From Paraphysomonas bandaiensis (lineage: Eukaryota > Protista > Chrysophyceae), in contig CBFFRP010000150.1 in the NCBI GenBank assembly GCA_965644295.1, positions 310,001-374,000 of the forward strand: DNA of 64,000 nucleotides, given 5' to 3'. Below the pieces are notes generated by a model. It searched no databases. It had not been told where the DNA came from and saw only the letters and a list, made by a program, of their open reading frames with translations. Made by a program: the position numbers and the translations under genes. Positions 11,428 through 25,387 of the stretch are shown one piece after another; the first letter of the stretch is position 1, and the number at the start of each line of letters is the position of its first letter.

Positions 11428-12507
11428 AACTAATGAACGACTATATATATGCACTCAATATATATACAGCATATAATGCAGTGGAAATGATGATCCCACA
11501 GATTACTTGATTAGTCTCTTCACAATGAAGAGAGAACTAGTTGTAGTGTGTTTAATATATCTGATATAATGGGAAGGAATGTGTTGCAACTGTTGAGTAG
11601 CTATTCAAATGCGCGCTACATACTGCTGTACGCTGTACGTACACACACGAGTAGAGGTACAGCGGTACAGTAGTACATGTATACAGTACATGTATACATA
11701 TATACATATACATATACACGTAGGCCACCATAACGCGAGTGTCGTAGTTCGTATCGTATGAGTATATATGTACTGTATAGCAGCACACAGTAGGATCCTA
11801 GAGGTATCTATATCTTACTTCTTGTTAGCTTTGCTTGTTAATAGTAAGTGTCATGATTGGTTGCAACCCAAAGGCACTTGATGGCCTATTGGATGTCGAA
11901 AGCGACATCATTACCCGTACGAGACAATGTGGATTGATGGATTAAATCAGACTAAAAGTCGCATTAGTACTACATATTATGTAAAGCATAGCGAAGATAT
12001 ATCCTTAGTGATATGCCTGCTTTGTCCACAGGGAGGAAGGAATCATCTGGTCTATGTAGTCAATTATGAATATTTATATCTTTGTCATGAAAATCGAAGG
12101 CTGCAATCAATTTACTGCAACTCCAGTGATGACAAATGTTGCATGCGTGTATTCGTTTATCAATGCTCCAGTGTTTTAAAATATCATAGTAATTTACTGC
12201 AAAGACAGACGAAGAAATGGCCGACGCTCGAAAACAAACTTGATATTATTGCGCTGTTGCCATAGCCTTAAAGTTTAGAAGTAATGTGAAATTCAATTAG
12301 TAAGTAGAATACTTACTATATTTAGCCTAGCTTGTAGTCATTTTGAGTACAGGCCATACTCATAAATACATTATAGCTCTCTGTAAAATTATTTAATTGT
12401 GTAGTATTACTACATTCTATGCAGTGGACTATGTAATAACGAATAAGGTAGTACACTGCAAAAATATATAGTAATTTAAAACATTATTCTATTGCACTTA
12501 TAGTCTA

Positions 12508-13583
12508 CTATAGAGTATTAAAGCCCAGTAATAGCCTTGCCTGCTCCATCAACACAAATGCTAATATCGTATAGGGTCCTATTCTAAGATACGCCGGTGT
12601 CCATCCCTAGTTCTCACGTTAGCAAACACTTCCAAGTGAGCTAAAGTTTCATGTGTACCTTAAAGAATGCCATCATTCCTTCTGCTTTGTATGTAGTTAC
12701 AACACAATGTAAAGGGTTCCGATAGAGTCCATTAATGTCACTCATGTATCGGGTCTTGATTACATCAACTACAATGGGGATTATATTAGCCAAATCATGT
12801 ATAGTGTATAGAACATAAACATAAAGTTGGCAGAATCAACAACGACAGATGTCATACCTGGATTAGCTGCTGTAGTAGTAATAATGCCTGCAAGCATAGA
12901 GCATACAGAAAATAGCCCCAACCCATCTTCCATATCGAAATACTGCTTGAGGATATTATTCTTGATTGTATCGTAGCTCCCAATGCAAGCCGACGTAACT
13001 ATGGATGCACGTAATGTAGTCACAACACATCCCTTGTAGAGTCCTGCCAAGCCGTGATTCCGATATACATACGCGAACCCCCCTAAAGTAGTTGTATAAG
13101 GGATCTTGTGACCAGCTAATGCAGCTTGGAATTGGACTTTAATCAGATCCGTAGGGTTTGCGACAGCCGCACCGAGACCGCCAGAAAGCAATGCACTGAA
13201 GAATTTTACAGCGGGAGACGGCACTACTTGACGATCTTTATTTCCGCTTAAACCTTGCAATATAGGCTCATAAGCCCCCATGCGGATAGTCGAGTAGAGC
13301 ATTTCACGAATAATAGTGGCGTTGAGGCCTTTGCATAAACCGGCAACACCATCTTCTCTATAAATACGAGCCATTCCCTTCATCAAGTTCTGCTCTGGCC
13401 ATGGAAAAGATGCAGAGTTATTTTGCATCCTAATTTTGACTATTGAGGCATGAGTTGAGAGAGTAGTTGTCTATACAGAGATTTCATACCTACATCAATG
13501 GGGTTCAAGAGACTTCCTGCAATTGCACAGGATGCTCCCCCGATACCAGCTTTTATGAAATATCCACTCGTATCTCCTGTCAT
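12508..13583 (-). CDS. Mitochondrial carrier protein (SLC25; UCP/oxoglutarate-dicarboxylate carrier-like), 4 exons
   Basis: Three Px[D/E]xx[K/R] signatures are present (NPIDVVKIR, NPTDLIKVQ, NP-DVIKTR), along with GLCKG/GLYKG motifs and a terminal GWTPAYLRIGPY...MEQARLLLG. Canonical introns separate the exons. Confidence 0.92.
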
Positions 13584-14119
13584 TGTGTCACTGTACAAGT
13601 ATGCAAATCTATGCATTGAACACCAGTGAAAGGATTGCTTTATATTTTACACGCACATTTAATACTGACTTTGAAGAAATCCGGATATTTAATATCTACA
13701 AAATCGTAATATATACTCAAAATATCAGGGTTTGTGATGATTAGATTGGTTAAAAAGTTGCATTTTCTCATCTATATGTTTTTGAAACCGCCCCCTGTAG
13801 ATTATACAGCAAATTGTCTATGAATGAAGTCGAAGTATGAAAATAAAGAAGAAAAAAGAAAGTTAGAAAAATAAGTGAATATAATAAACTGAAAGACTGT
13901 GTGATGAAATTCATACATAATCTTGTTTATATTAACTGAAGTAGTCATTAAAGTGAGCTCACAGGTATCTCTGTAGAAGAGAGGTGTGTGACTCGTGACT
14001 TGTGTCATTGTTTTTTCTCAGAGAAGAGATATGTGTGATATTCGTTATTATTTATGCAGTGTGGTTGATAGAGTGGATTGTGTTCTATCGCATTGATTTG
14101 AATTAATATCTGCCTGAAT

Positions 14120-17100
14120 ATGCCACGAGGCAGTCCGAATGGCAGGTCGAATCTAGAGCCAATCATTCGAACCTCTACAACTCAACCACAGCTTCTTGGT
14201 CCAAATCGAAGGCGTAATAATGACTGGGATGCTAGCTCTCCTATATGCGAGAGGGTCCGTAAAGAGTATGATGCGATTGTAGATCCATATTGTCCATATA
14301 CACAAACAAGTACATTTAAAAAGCATATGGATAAACGGCAGAAACTTGAAAAAATTCCAGTCGAGAAGATGTCGAAGTCGCAAACTATGGACTTGCAAAC
14401 CTCAATGAAAAATATGGCCCGACCTATCTCTGCTCCTCAAAGAGAGAGAGTTCCTAAACACCAAGTTGAGAACCAACATTTCCAAGATAGTGGGGTAACA
14501 ATATCTGCGGAACCTCGAGGCCACTCGGCCGAAAGTCAAGCAGAGTTGGAGATATTGAAGGCAATTTTGAACCGTGAGAGTTATCTGGTGCGTCTAAATA
14601 AGGCTGTGAAGAAAGTGGAGAGGAAATTTAAGCCCGAGGTTGCGACAGTGCTCGACTTGGTCCGTTCTGCCACCACTGAGGTTGTTGATGCAATCGTGAA
14701 ATGGCGTAGTATCAAGGTAACATGATGTTTGTGTGTTGCTGTGTCGTGCCTAACGCTTCATTTAGAACGACCCGGACTGTGCCTTCATGTGGAATGGAAT
14801 CAACTACTTGCTAAAAATTCCAACAGATATGGATTATATTGGTCAGTACAGAGCTATTACGGACTGGTTAGGTTTTGGAATTATTCGTAACCCATTCTGT
14901 GTGCCGTACCCAATGGAGGAAGGAGCTGAGCTATTCCCAGGCACAGCGCAGGATCCCAGTGACCTAACGGGCATGTCTGCTTCCACCTCAGATGAATTAG
15001 CAAACACCGGAAGTATGGCATTTTCTACTTCATCTAAGCTACGGAGTAAGTTTCCTCGGGGAGGAATGTCTCGTCGGGGGGGTATGGATAGCACTACAAC
15101 GCCCGGCATTAGGTCACCGAATAGAGCTCGCCGTGGCGAATCCTTAAGTCTCATTCAAAGTGCGCAGAATACGTCCGAATCAACCAACATAGAATTAATG
15201 CAGGGTTTGGGGCCTAATAGAGAAATGGCACGGATTCGATGTGCTGAAAGAGTAATATTGCTTGAAGAGGAGAAGTACGGTAGATTGGACAGAGATCCTC
15301 AGGGCAGAATAGTACCAGAAGATCAGGTATAGCTCTAGTTCCTTCTGTGCACTGAATTGTTGGAAACGTATCACTACTCAACCTCTCTGACGGTTATTTC
15401 TTCAGGCGTATATGAAGCATCTGGCTTTAAGTCTTAAAAAAGACGAGCGTCGTACCATGGCTGACAAAGCAGCAAGTAAGCGCACATTTGCTCCACATGT
15501 AGAACGCAGTGGCATTGGTTTCGCCGAACCGCCTTGGTTTCCGGAGGAGGATGAAGAGGAAGATGATGATAATGAGAAAGACCTGCGCGAGCCAGAAGGT
15601 GTGAGTGATAAGCATACGATTACTAGGAACAAGGAACGCCTTGGAGGTGCACTATCGCAGATAACAACTGCGTGTGGATCGTCGCGTACTCGAAAGCCAC
15701 AACACCCCAATCCCTCAAATGAAATAGAATTCAAGAATAGTCGCAAAAAGCAAGCAGTTTTAGATAGACTAAAGCAGGTTCTGTCGCTAAAGGAGAAGAT
15801 ATTCCGAGAAAAGTGCCTCCTGGAGAAGGATGAAACGAAATCAGGCGAGTGGAATGGTGTGAAAGCGATAAAGGCTAGGAAAAGTCGTGTGAAGGGTCGT
15901 ATGACCAAGATTGCAGAACAGTCAGTTGTTAGTGAAACAGATACAATGTCTGCAGAGGAGAAGGAATCCCTGCTAGGCAATCTACTGCAAGAAGAAGATA
16001 TACTGGCGGTAGAACTGAAGAAGACTGCAGATCATGAAAGTCACATCCATAAACTCAAAGCAATTCATCGTGAAGCTGAGGTTAAAGAGCGTTCGCGTGA
16101 GATTGAGCGTAAGAGACGATTGCTAAATGAGGAGGAAGCCAAGCGTAGAGGCCCACCGGATGAGGAACCTTTTAACGCTTATGATTACTATGCCACAAGA
16201 GCACAGACACAAGTTCGAAAGTGGTTGGCCCAGCGATTTGTGAAGTGGTTTAGGAAGGAGGCAAACGTAGCTAGCAGAATTATCCAGACCAGAATTAGGG
16301 GTATGTGTGCAAGATTAAGATGTAAGAGGCTGCTGAAGCAACGGTTTGCGGCGATTGAAATTCAGCGAAATTTCCGTGGTATGGCTTCCAGGGTAAGTCC
16401 CTTACACGTAGTAATTCGTCAATAAATATCTCATGTATCAGCTTGCAAGTGCTGCAATGGCACGTGACTATCATGACGCCAAGGCAGCTATTCAGATACA
16501 AAAGATATGGAGACGCATTATGGCTCTGAAGCGTGTAGAAACAAAAAGAGTTTTAGATAATTGTGCTGCTGATGCCATGGTCTGCGTTAGTGCCAAAAAT
16601 TTGTTTCCAATGGATGTCAAGGAACTTTCCCATCGAATTCAATTAGCTCTTAATGAACCGCACGCCAATTCTCTTCCACCAGATGAAGTGCTGCATCTTC
16701 TAAGAATCAGTAGCGTCCTTGTGCTCGCTGGAGAGGGTTCAGCAGGAATAACGACTTACGACCATATTGGGTCCCGATACCACGTGGAAACAGACGGCCG
16801 TAATCTATCTTGGGAGCAGGCCATGAAGCTCATTAACAGGTCGAACAAATACCTTCGTCGCGTTAGAGCGTTGGCATATGCGCCAATCGCAAAACCCCCA
16901 CGATTAATTAATCTTCCTGAAGATGTTGTGGCATTGTATAAAGCGCAGGCACGCAATCCGAAGTGGTGTCTCTCGTTTTTTGAGTCAATAGGAAGGGGAT
17001 CGAAGTTTTGCGTGCAGCTGTTTAAATGGCTCGAAAGCATGATCAGAGTTGGTCAGGCTCAAACAAAGTTTTTCGACTTCATTGGGGACAATTTTCCGGA

Positions 17101-20100
17101 TTGGCTCCCGAAATTATTCGAGGTGCAAAAAAAATCTCGCAAATGCGAGTTTGACATAGCTTTGAATGAGCATTGTATATCCTGTCTTCAAAAAATCATA
17201 GATGATAACCCTAATAATGAAAACCTACACAGTATACTTGAGGCAGAAAAACAGAGTCTCTCTAGGGAAAATGAAGGCTTGAGACAAAAATTAAAGAGCT
17301 ATACGAAGAGAGAGAGAATTATTGGTGAGGATCAAAATTCTGTGGAAGCAATGACTCTCAAAGCCATGACAACTAAACTTCGCGAGAAAGAAGATAATCT
17401 TAAGGTGTGCGCTCGAGAGTATTTGGACTTAGTGAAGGCCACGGAAGAAGGGAACACAATTGCAGAGAGTAAATTGCAGTCCACACAGGAGAACTTGACC
17501 ACGCTCCGACTTGAGGTCCAGGAGGCTAGAATTCAACATGGCCTGCTGATTTCTCAAATTGAAAGCAACCAAGAACGACGGCGCGAAAGAAAACCTCTAT
17601 CAGAGGAAGTTCTAGTCCGTGTAAATTTTGCTGGAGAGGCGAAAGCTGTTCTTGCCCACGCAACCGCCAAGAAAGCTGTACTGTTAATGGACCGCGGCAT
17701 TCGTTCCGAAGATGGTCTTCATCGACAGCCTGATGCTGCTGCCATGTACGACGACTTATGTGTCCAAGAAAGGGCTAGAAAGAACGAATTTCGTGCACTT
17801 TTGCGTCAAGCAGACGAAGAGCTCCAGGATCTTAACTTTGCTATTACAAGTGAAGTGTTTCAGCGCGAAGAGGATGAAAAAAGTGAGCGGGCAAGATTTA
17901 TTCCCACAGAGGAAGAAATGGAGGAGGAGCGCCTAGAAGATGATAATGAAGCGCGGGCTGAACGTTTTGCGAAACAGATGTTTGTTTCCCATGAAGTCAT
18001 ATATGATGCTCCTGAGAGACTACGACCTGTGATTGTTGCGTTTGGACGTGATGTGCCGGGCTACACGAAGGCCAAAATAATATCTGATATAACAGCCCAG
18101 CTTCCTGGAATGTTTGTACAGCTGGACTGTGATAGCAACATGGGGCTAGATCTTAAAGAAATGCAGAGTGTGTTCGATGCGAAGAAATCGATCATCATGT
18201 CTGTAGATCATGGATTGACTCAAACTACTCGTATAGATTTCATCAAGAACTACTCCATGATTGTGCGATGCCTAGTTCCTAAACCGTACACAGTATTTGT
18301 TATTGGTGAAGATGGAAACATGCGTAAACCCACTGGTGACCCTCGCTATGGTGTTTCTGGCAATGACATTCAACGGATGTATGATGCGCCCATTAAATTG
18401 TCACTTGAAAAAATGTCATGGATACTGCAAGAGCTTGTGACGAAGGATATTCGCAAGCGAATGGAATCCCGTGCTTCAATGATTGTTCCTCCGTCTCCTG
18501 CGTATATAGTTTGCCTGGAAGCACTTTTTATTCTGCAGTCTGATCATACTCGATTTCGACAGCCAGGTGATAGAATTGCTGCTATATCATATAGGGCAAC
18601 ACAAGCGTTAATCCAAGACCCATATGGCCTCGTAAATATTCTTCGCCAAATAAAGAGAGGTAAAGCTGACTATATGTTGTGTGAACTTCTAAAGAGTTAC
18701 ATCGAACATCGATCTTGGCCGTTTTCGTCTCATCCTGAACGAAAAAGTGACCCTCTCTTGAATTTATTGGCGATGTACGTGGAAGAATGGACCAGTTGTG
18801 AAATGCTAACACTTCAACGTGGAGGGGTACCTGACAGTAGCTTGTTTAAAAATTCCATGGAGAAGGTTCAATGCATTGTATCTCTCGCCGATGTTACAGA
18901 CGCGAATGATGAACTTGAGGTGAAGAGGAGGTGTGGCTGGAAGACTCCAATGACTCAAATATTGAAAGGTATTTTGTATGAAATGAGGGTTGTCAAGGTT
19001 GTTCGTAGGATAGACAACCAGATGTACAGCATCAATGTATACCGTGAGGCGGGACGAATATTCTTCGATGCGTACGATGCAACCACGTCTCAAAGCTATG
19101 TGACGTCGATATCCCTGTTAGACATACCTCCGCTTCTTCAACCAAATACTCAGGGCAAAGAATCAGATCTAATTTCACCTCCGGATACACCAAAAGAGAT
19201 GTATTTGCGTTTGGTGAAACTGCTTCGTTTTGAAAAATCAGTTAAGTTGCGGTCCGGTCGAAAGGAGCTCCTATGTCGCAGAGATATCAAGTTTTTAAGT
19301 CAACAGATAACGAAGATATGCGGGCACTTTGTCATTCTCAAATGCTTCGAAGCTGCCCTGGGTGAATTGTACTTAGAGGCATATTTGCCGGAATATTGTG
19401 CCAAACTTACACTACAAGTCGGAGATTCTTTGCGTTTGAGGATGTTAGCAAATTGTGACCACCAATTGGAGTACTACATGCTGGAAACAAACCACAGTGT
19501 AGATTTATTGCCGTATGTATTGGATCGACTTCGGATCGCACCTACGAAACCTAGCGCCGCATCCCGAAGAGAAAAACCTACTGGCATAACAGCACTGTCA
19601 AAACGAACGGCACACCAAGGATTTGCCCTCTTGGTGAACTGTAAAGCTGGGGCAGGTAGATTTCTCACTAAAAAGATAATATCATTCGCTAATCTCCCCT
19701 ATATACTGGCAATACGCTCATCCTCCGTGTCACAAACCCTACGAATTATTGCCTACGAGCCTCGTACGCAGGCGACAACCGAATGTCGTATGACGAAGTT
19801 TTTACGTGTTGTTTTACTTGGAGCTGTCAATGACGATTATAAAGTGTGGTTTCCTAAGTTGGCTAAAATTCTTCGTTTAGATTGGAAGAACAATAGACAG
19901 TTGATTGTTGACAAGACTCTCTATCGCACCGTGCGGCGAATCTCCAAGCGGCGTTTGATTTTAACATTTTCTCTCACTGATGAAAATGGACTTGCATTTG
20001 ACTTTCACGACCCTGTCACAGGAGATCATTTTTATGCTGTTGTCAAGAAGAACCATATTATTGATTTGTTGCACTATGACCAGAGCGAAATACTGGGCGA

Positions 20101-23100
20101 GAAAAAGCATAAGAAGTCAAGCGGGATGAATCTTGTGAAAGATATGCTGCGATATATGCTCGGAGAAAGACGAAAAGCAAACAAACATGCTCCCAAAGAG
20201 CTGCATCCATCCGAGTATGACATTCCGTTGGAGAATATATTGTCTCAAAAAGAATGCCTAATACATCTCGCAAATCAAATGCAGGAACTTGTGGAGCTCG
20301 TGAACCCAAAAGATCGTAGTAGTGGATACTTATGCCGCTTTCCATCACGAATTGTATTCGAGAGGACATGCAGTGATGGAAATAATAAATCTAAAAGTTA
20401 CATTGAAGATGATGACGAATCTGTTATAACACGTGCGTCATCTATTGCATCAGGACGACTTCCTCCATGTTCAGTTTTTGAACCTGCATCGCCTGAAGAA
20501 GATGAAACCAAAGTACCAAAGCTTGATATAGCCCTTCGACATTCATGCCGCCTTATTCAGCAAGAGCGAGGGGGGTCCCTAGAGGATCTGATTGCTCGAC
20601 GGAGACAAGCAAAAGTTGTGATGCTGGAGGATGAGCTGAATTCTCTTGCGAAGTCTCAAGTGGCTGCAGCTGAAGAAAAGGTACTTGCCGACAAGATTTT
20701 AGCAGACGAATTAGCTCGGAGTCTTGCACTGGAAGGGATTGATTTGACCGGTGCTAATGAAAGTATGCAACGTGCTGGATCCCCCAGTGCTATTGACAGT
20801 GATAAAGATAACATTGTCACTGATACTTTAGAATCTTCAGAATTTTCGAATGTTCCTGAAGGTACCACACCATCTGTTAGACCATCTGAGCAACCCTCTT
20901 CTGCAGATATTGCGGAGTCAAATGATCCACCAGTACCTGATGGTACACCCACCACTGAGGAGCCTACTGCTGCAGAAGTACCTTTATCATCTGATCAAGA
21001 AGTTGACGGTAGTAGAAACATGCCTGATACGCATATGGATGAACCGCAATCACCTGTTCAACCAACTCCTGCAGAGGTTCCGAATCCTTTGGACCAGCCA
21101 ACTCCTGTGGAAGTGCCTGTGTCTTCTGATCAAACGAGTCCTGTGGATGAGCCCAACTCCCAGCCAGATCCCGTAACAGAACCAGTGTATCCCAGAGATA
21201 GAGACCTTCAAAAGTCATCGGAACCAGAACTTGATGAGGACGGCCTTGTGATCGTAGATTATGACGATGATAATTCTGTCCGGGATAATGTCCATACCGA
21301 TACAGTTGAGGAGCATGAGGAGGAGGATGTCAATCCTGTTGTATTGCCATCTGTCGATCAGTTTGCTGCTCTCATCACAGTGAATGACATCATCAGTCGC
21401 ATTGAAAAGCGTAATTCTGAGAGAGATATTGAGCGCAATGCACCGGGAACTGTTCAAAAGAAGTTTTTGGAATCACTTAAAAGCAGGTCGCCTCTATATG
21501 CTTCCCTTAAAGCGGACGAGAAAGTATACAAAGAGATCCTTATTGGGACCGAGAAGTGTGTGTTTGATCAAACTGTCAAAACCAATTTCCGAGAGGGCAC
21601 TTCTAGATGGCATGGCCGTGTAGCTGTTACTGCATTTGAATCTGCTTGCTGGGATGGAGCCGAAGGGGTGGGGAGAAGGTTTCGTTTTGTGGTGCACGAG
21701 TCAAAGACCTCTTGTGACTACGAAGGTTTCATAAGAGCAACCAAACATCTTCGTGAAGTTCTCGGTCCTACAGCTCAGGACTTACTTCCTATGGAAAAAA
21801 CGACTGAAATGATGATATTTCTGTGCAGACACCGGTTAGAACTTGTTAAAAACATTACATCGGACGGTGCTCCCGTGGGGGACCCTATGGCTCCAACATA
21901 CCTTGTAGAATTCATGACTGGAGGATTACACGTAAGTGAAAAGGATACGCCTAATGCAGGAAGCACGAAGGGCGAAAAAACGAAAAAAGACAAGCTGATT
22001 GATAATGGTAGCCGATTGTTACTTATTGTAAATGCGTGCTAACATGTATGTATATAGCTCAAGCGCGTGGTAAGAAAATTCTTCGTGTGGCGAAACGCAT
22101 CAGTGGGTTATTACTTCAATTGGTTGTATTCGAGCTTCCTGCTGACGGGGTAGATCAAGAGAAAATGACCGAAGAGGAAGAACTAATGAAGAAGGTGTTA
22201 GAGGATGAGGAATCCGCAAAACAGTCAAAAGTTTCGAAACCTCAACTTCGATCACAATTAACGAAGCGGACAAGTATGGAGTTGCTATTGGCCCCTTCTG
22301 TTCGTATAGTTGGTTACGATCCGCGCACAAAGAAGCGTTCTGTTCTTATTATACCTCCCGAAGCAGTGACGGAACTGGCTGGTGGCGCTTATTCTCACTT
22401 TCTTAAGTTGGAACGTAGACGTGATTTGGGAAGAATTATATGTGAAGCGCTTCAATTGAAGTTTCAACGAGGAGGTGGTTTTGATCTAGTGATCCCTTGG
22501 TCAAGACAGGCGAAATTGGTCAACACACCAAATGGTAAAAATTCTTGGATGTCTTCTGTCTCCGAACAAATCCTTCAGAGACCAGGCAAAATATTCAGGG
22601 CAGCAGTTTCTGTTTCAAATTATGATATTGTAGTGTCAGTGTACGCTCTTGGTATTGGGCCTGGCGGAATATTAGGCAGCGACAAGACGATTGCTGTCAC
22701 ATTCACTTCTTCCACAGTATCTGAGCCAGTAGAAATAACAATGTCTGAGAGTGTTCAGGTTGAGTACCTTGGGCAAACAGTGATGAGTTTCTTGCCGGGA
22801 GAGACTCGATCTACTGCAATACAGAACATGTGCAAATATTTTCGTGCTAAAATATACGAAGATCCCGGTGATAGTTCTAAAAAAGTTCTTGATGTGGAGT
22901 TACTTCCTAAACAGAAAGGTTTTATCTCTGATTACAAAAATATTGGACTGCCGCGTCCGGAAGATGACATACGTGCAGTTGGTGTGCCACAAGTGTTTAT
23001 GCCACCCGATGCAACTGGAAAGATCCTGTTCCGTCGCAGTACCCAAGTGTATATGGAGGATAAGAACGCTCTCTCTGATGTCGAGTTCGTGGTATCAATT

Positions 23101-23463
23101 TACACTAAGTCCGAAAAAGAGGGACCGGAGAGAGGGGTTGTTGCAAAAGTTTACGACCCGGGGATTTCACAAACGGTTGTGTTACACTACGGTCACAACG
23201 AAATTTCCAGGCTTTGTGACGAGGCCAATGAGCCCGATCTTTTGAAAAACATTGTTTCTGCACGTGAGTACGTTACTGATGGCCCTCAAGATGAATTAGA
23301 GGAGGGATTCATTACTCTAACTGAGAAAGGAGAGATTCTGGAGAAGATAAATAAACATACATCTGTCCTTTGTGATATAGTGATAAAGGATATGGGTTTG
23401 ACGACGAACTCACAGGGGGAAAGGAGCTTGTATTCACGTACTTCGAATTTTGAACCCAAGTAG
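14120..23463 (+). CDS. Giant (~3000 aa) IQ-motif protein with dynein-stalk/MTBD-like segments and repeated beta modules, 5 exons
   Basis: ORFs 14120, 14787, 15412, 16433 and 22036 are linked by short GT-AG introns (~14717-14765, 15327-15405, 16393-16441, 22008-22057). IQ motifs include IQTRIRGMCAR, IQRNFRGMASR and IQKIWRRIMAL. Confidence 0.8.
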
Positions 23464-24222
23464 TAATTCCTTTATCAAAAATAGCAGCTTTTCTGTGTCG
23501 TGGTGTGAAATTTTCTTAGCATCTGGCTGAACCTAGCCATTGTAATAGCAATATATGTTTTCTATAAGAAAGTATGTACATACCGAAGTGCTGTTTCCTG
23601 TGCTGCTATGGAGAAATCTACCAATTCTTGTGCCCGTTAAATTTGAGTAATTATCGCCATAGCACACACAACACGATTGTGAAAAAAATTGATCTGGTAG
23701 TGACTGATCCCCATGAAAACTTGGTAAAGGTGTTTAATATACATTAACGCTAGCGTACAGTGTGATTTATGTATTTATGTATAATATACAGTACTAGGAA
23801 AGGTGTATGACGTAGTAGTACAGTAATAGCACTCTACCACTATCAGTTCTCTAAACATATTTCAAAAGAAAAAACAAACATTACGATTTAGTTAATAAAA
23901 ATCAAAATACTGAATTCATGCGTCAAGAATTTGGAATTTTATATGCATTCTTCAAGTTAGTTCTGTGGTAGCTGAGATTGTATTTCACTGTTCTGTGCGA
24001 CATACGACATACCCCTATTGTTGTCATGTCCGTGTAAGATACCGGAGTCATTGGGGTGAATGGTTGGATTGATGGTATGATGGTATACAGTATACAGTAT
24101 ACATCTGTACAGTACACTATCAGTACGGTTGTACAACAGAGTGCTGTGTGGCCAGCCAGGTACCAGCTACCAGCTACAGTATGATGCTGTACACTGTATA
24201 CTATAGTACAGTCTATAACAAC

Positions 24223-25325
24223 ATCCCTCAACAAAGTCGGACTCGCACCTTTCGTTGTGTTCTGGGGGATAAGCACCGGAGAGATTCTCTCTGGGCCGTC
24301 AGCAGATATTGTTCTGCCCACTCATAGTCGAATCCTTCTTGTGTGATACAAGAGGGACACTAATTGGTGTCACTAATGTAGACGTCTTTAGGCTTTGACG
24401 AATAAACAGACATCCGGAAATAGGCCCACCTCAAGGGCATCCGGGGTATTGCTTTGAGTGTGATAAGTGAAATTGGTTACACCTTGGTGTTTGCACAAGC
24501 AGCTTTCGTAGCGTTAAATAGTAGGATATCAGAGTTACATTGCAGTGCTAAATTAGTTCTGACTCTTAAACGCCTATATATTGCTACGTAATAATAAGAT
24601 AATAAGACATTCTCTGCTGTTGTAAAGTGTTGATATTAATAGTGTGACAATTCTTTATTGAAAGTACGTTGTTTGCAACAAAAACAAAGTTAAGGATAGC
24701 GTGTGGAGCAAAGTTAACGTCCAATTCTAACAAACACCAAACAGTACATATATATCCTCTGTTATTGTATTTTCAGCATACGTTGTGATATATTGAAAGT
24801 CTTATTATTAGCAATAGGCGTTAAAAATCTACACCAACTTAGTAGCTAGTAGATAAATGTTAGACAAACTAGTTAGACCTCTACCTGTAACTAACCAGTA
24901 CACACTTTCTTTATCCTACTATTTAACGCTACGGAAGCTGCTTGTGCGTCGCCGCAAGCACCAAGGTGCGACCACTTCCGCTCTGAGTTCTTCTTAAGGT
25001 GAACTTCCCGGATGCTTGACTTCAGCAGACAGCCCGATACCCCGGTTATTACCCTTCAGGTGGGCCCTGTCCCGGATGCCCTTGAGGTGGGCCTATTTCC
25101 GGATGCCTGTTTATTCGTCAAAGCCCAAAGACGTCTACATTAGTGACACCAATTAGTGTCCCTTGTATCACACAAGAAGGATTCGACTATGAGTGGGAAG
25201 AACAATATTATCTGCTGTCAATATTTGCGGCTCACGTTAGTTTCCCAATGAAATCTATTCGATTAGGGTTAGGCTCAGGTAATCATCCCCCAGAACACAA
25301 GGTGCGAGTCCGACTTTGTTGAGGA
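24223..25325. repeat. Long inverted repeat (two opposed copies of a dispersed repeat family)
   Basis: 24303-24445 is the near-perfect reverse complement of ~25069-25217. 24224-24250 pairs with 25299-25324, and 24480-24528 pairs with 24912-24967. Confidence 0.9.
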
Positions 25326-25387
25326 ACAATTTTTGTTTGACTATATATCTTACATAGTCACACGTCAGTAACTGAATTTACTTCCTT

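Noticed and set aside
25264-25275. TTAGGGTTAGG telomere-like motif (also ~62838)
   Set aside because: Fewer than two full units, which is compatible with chance.
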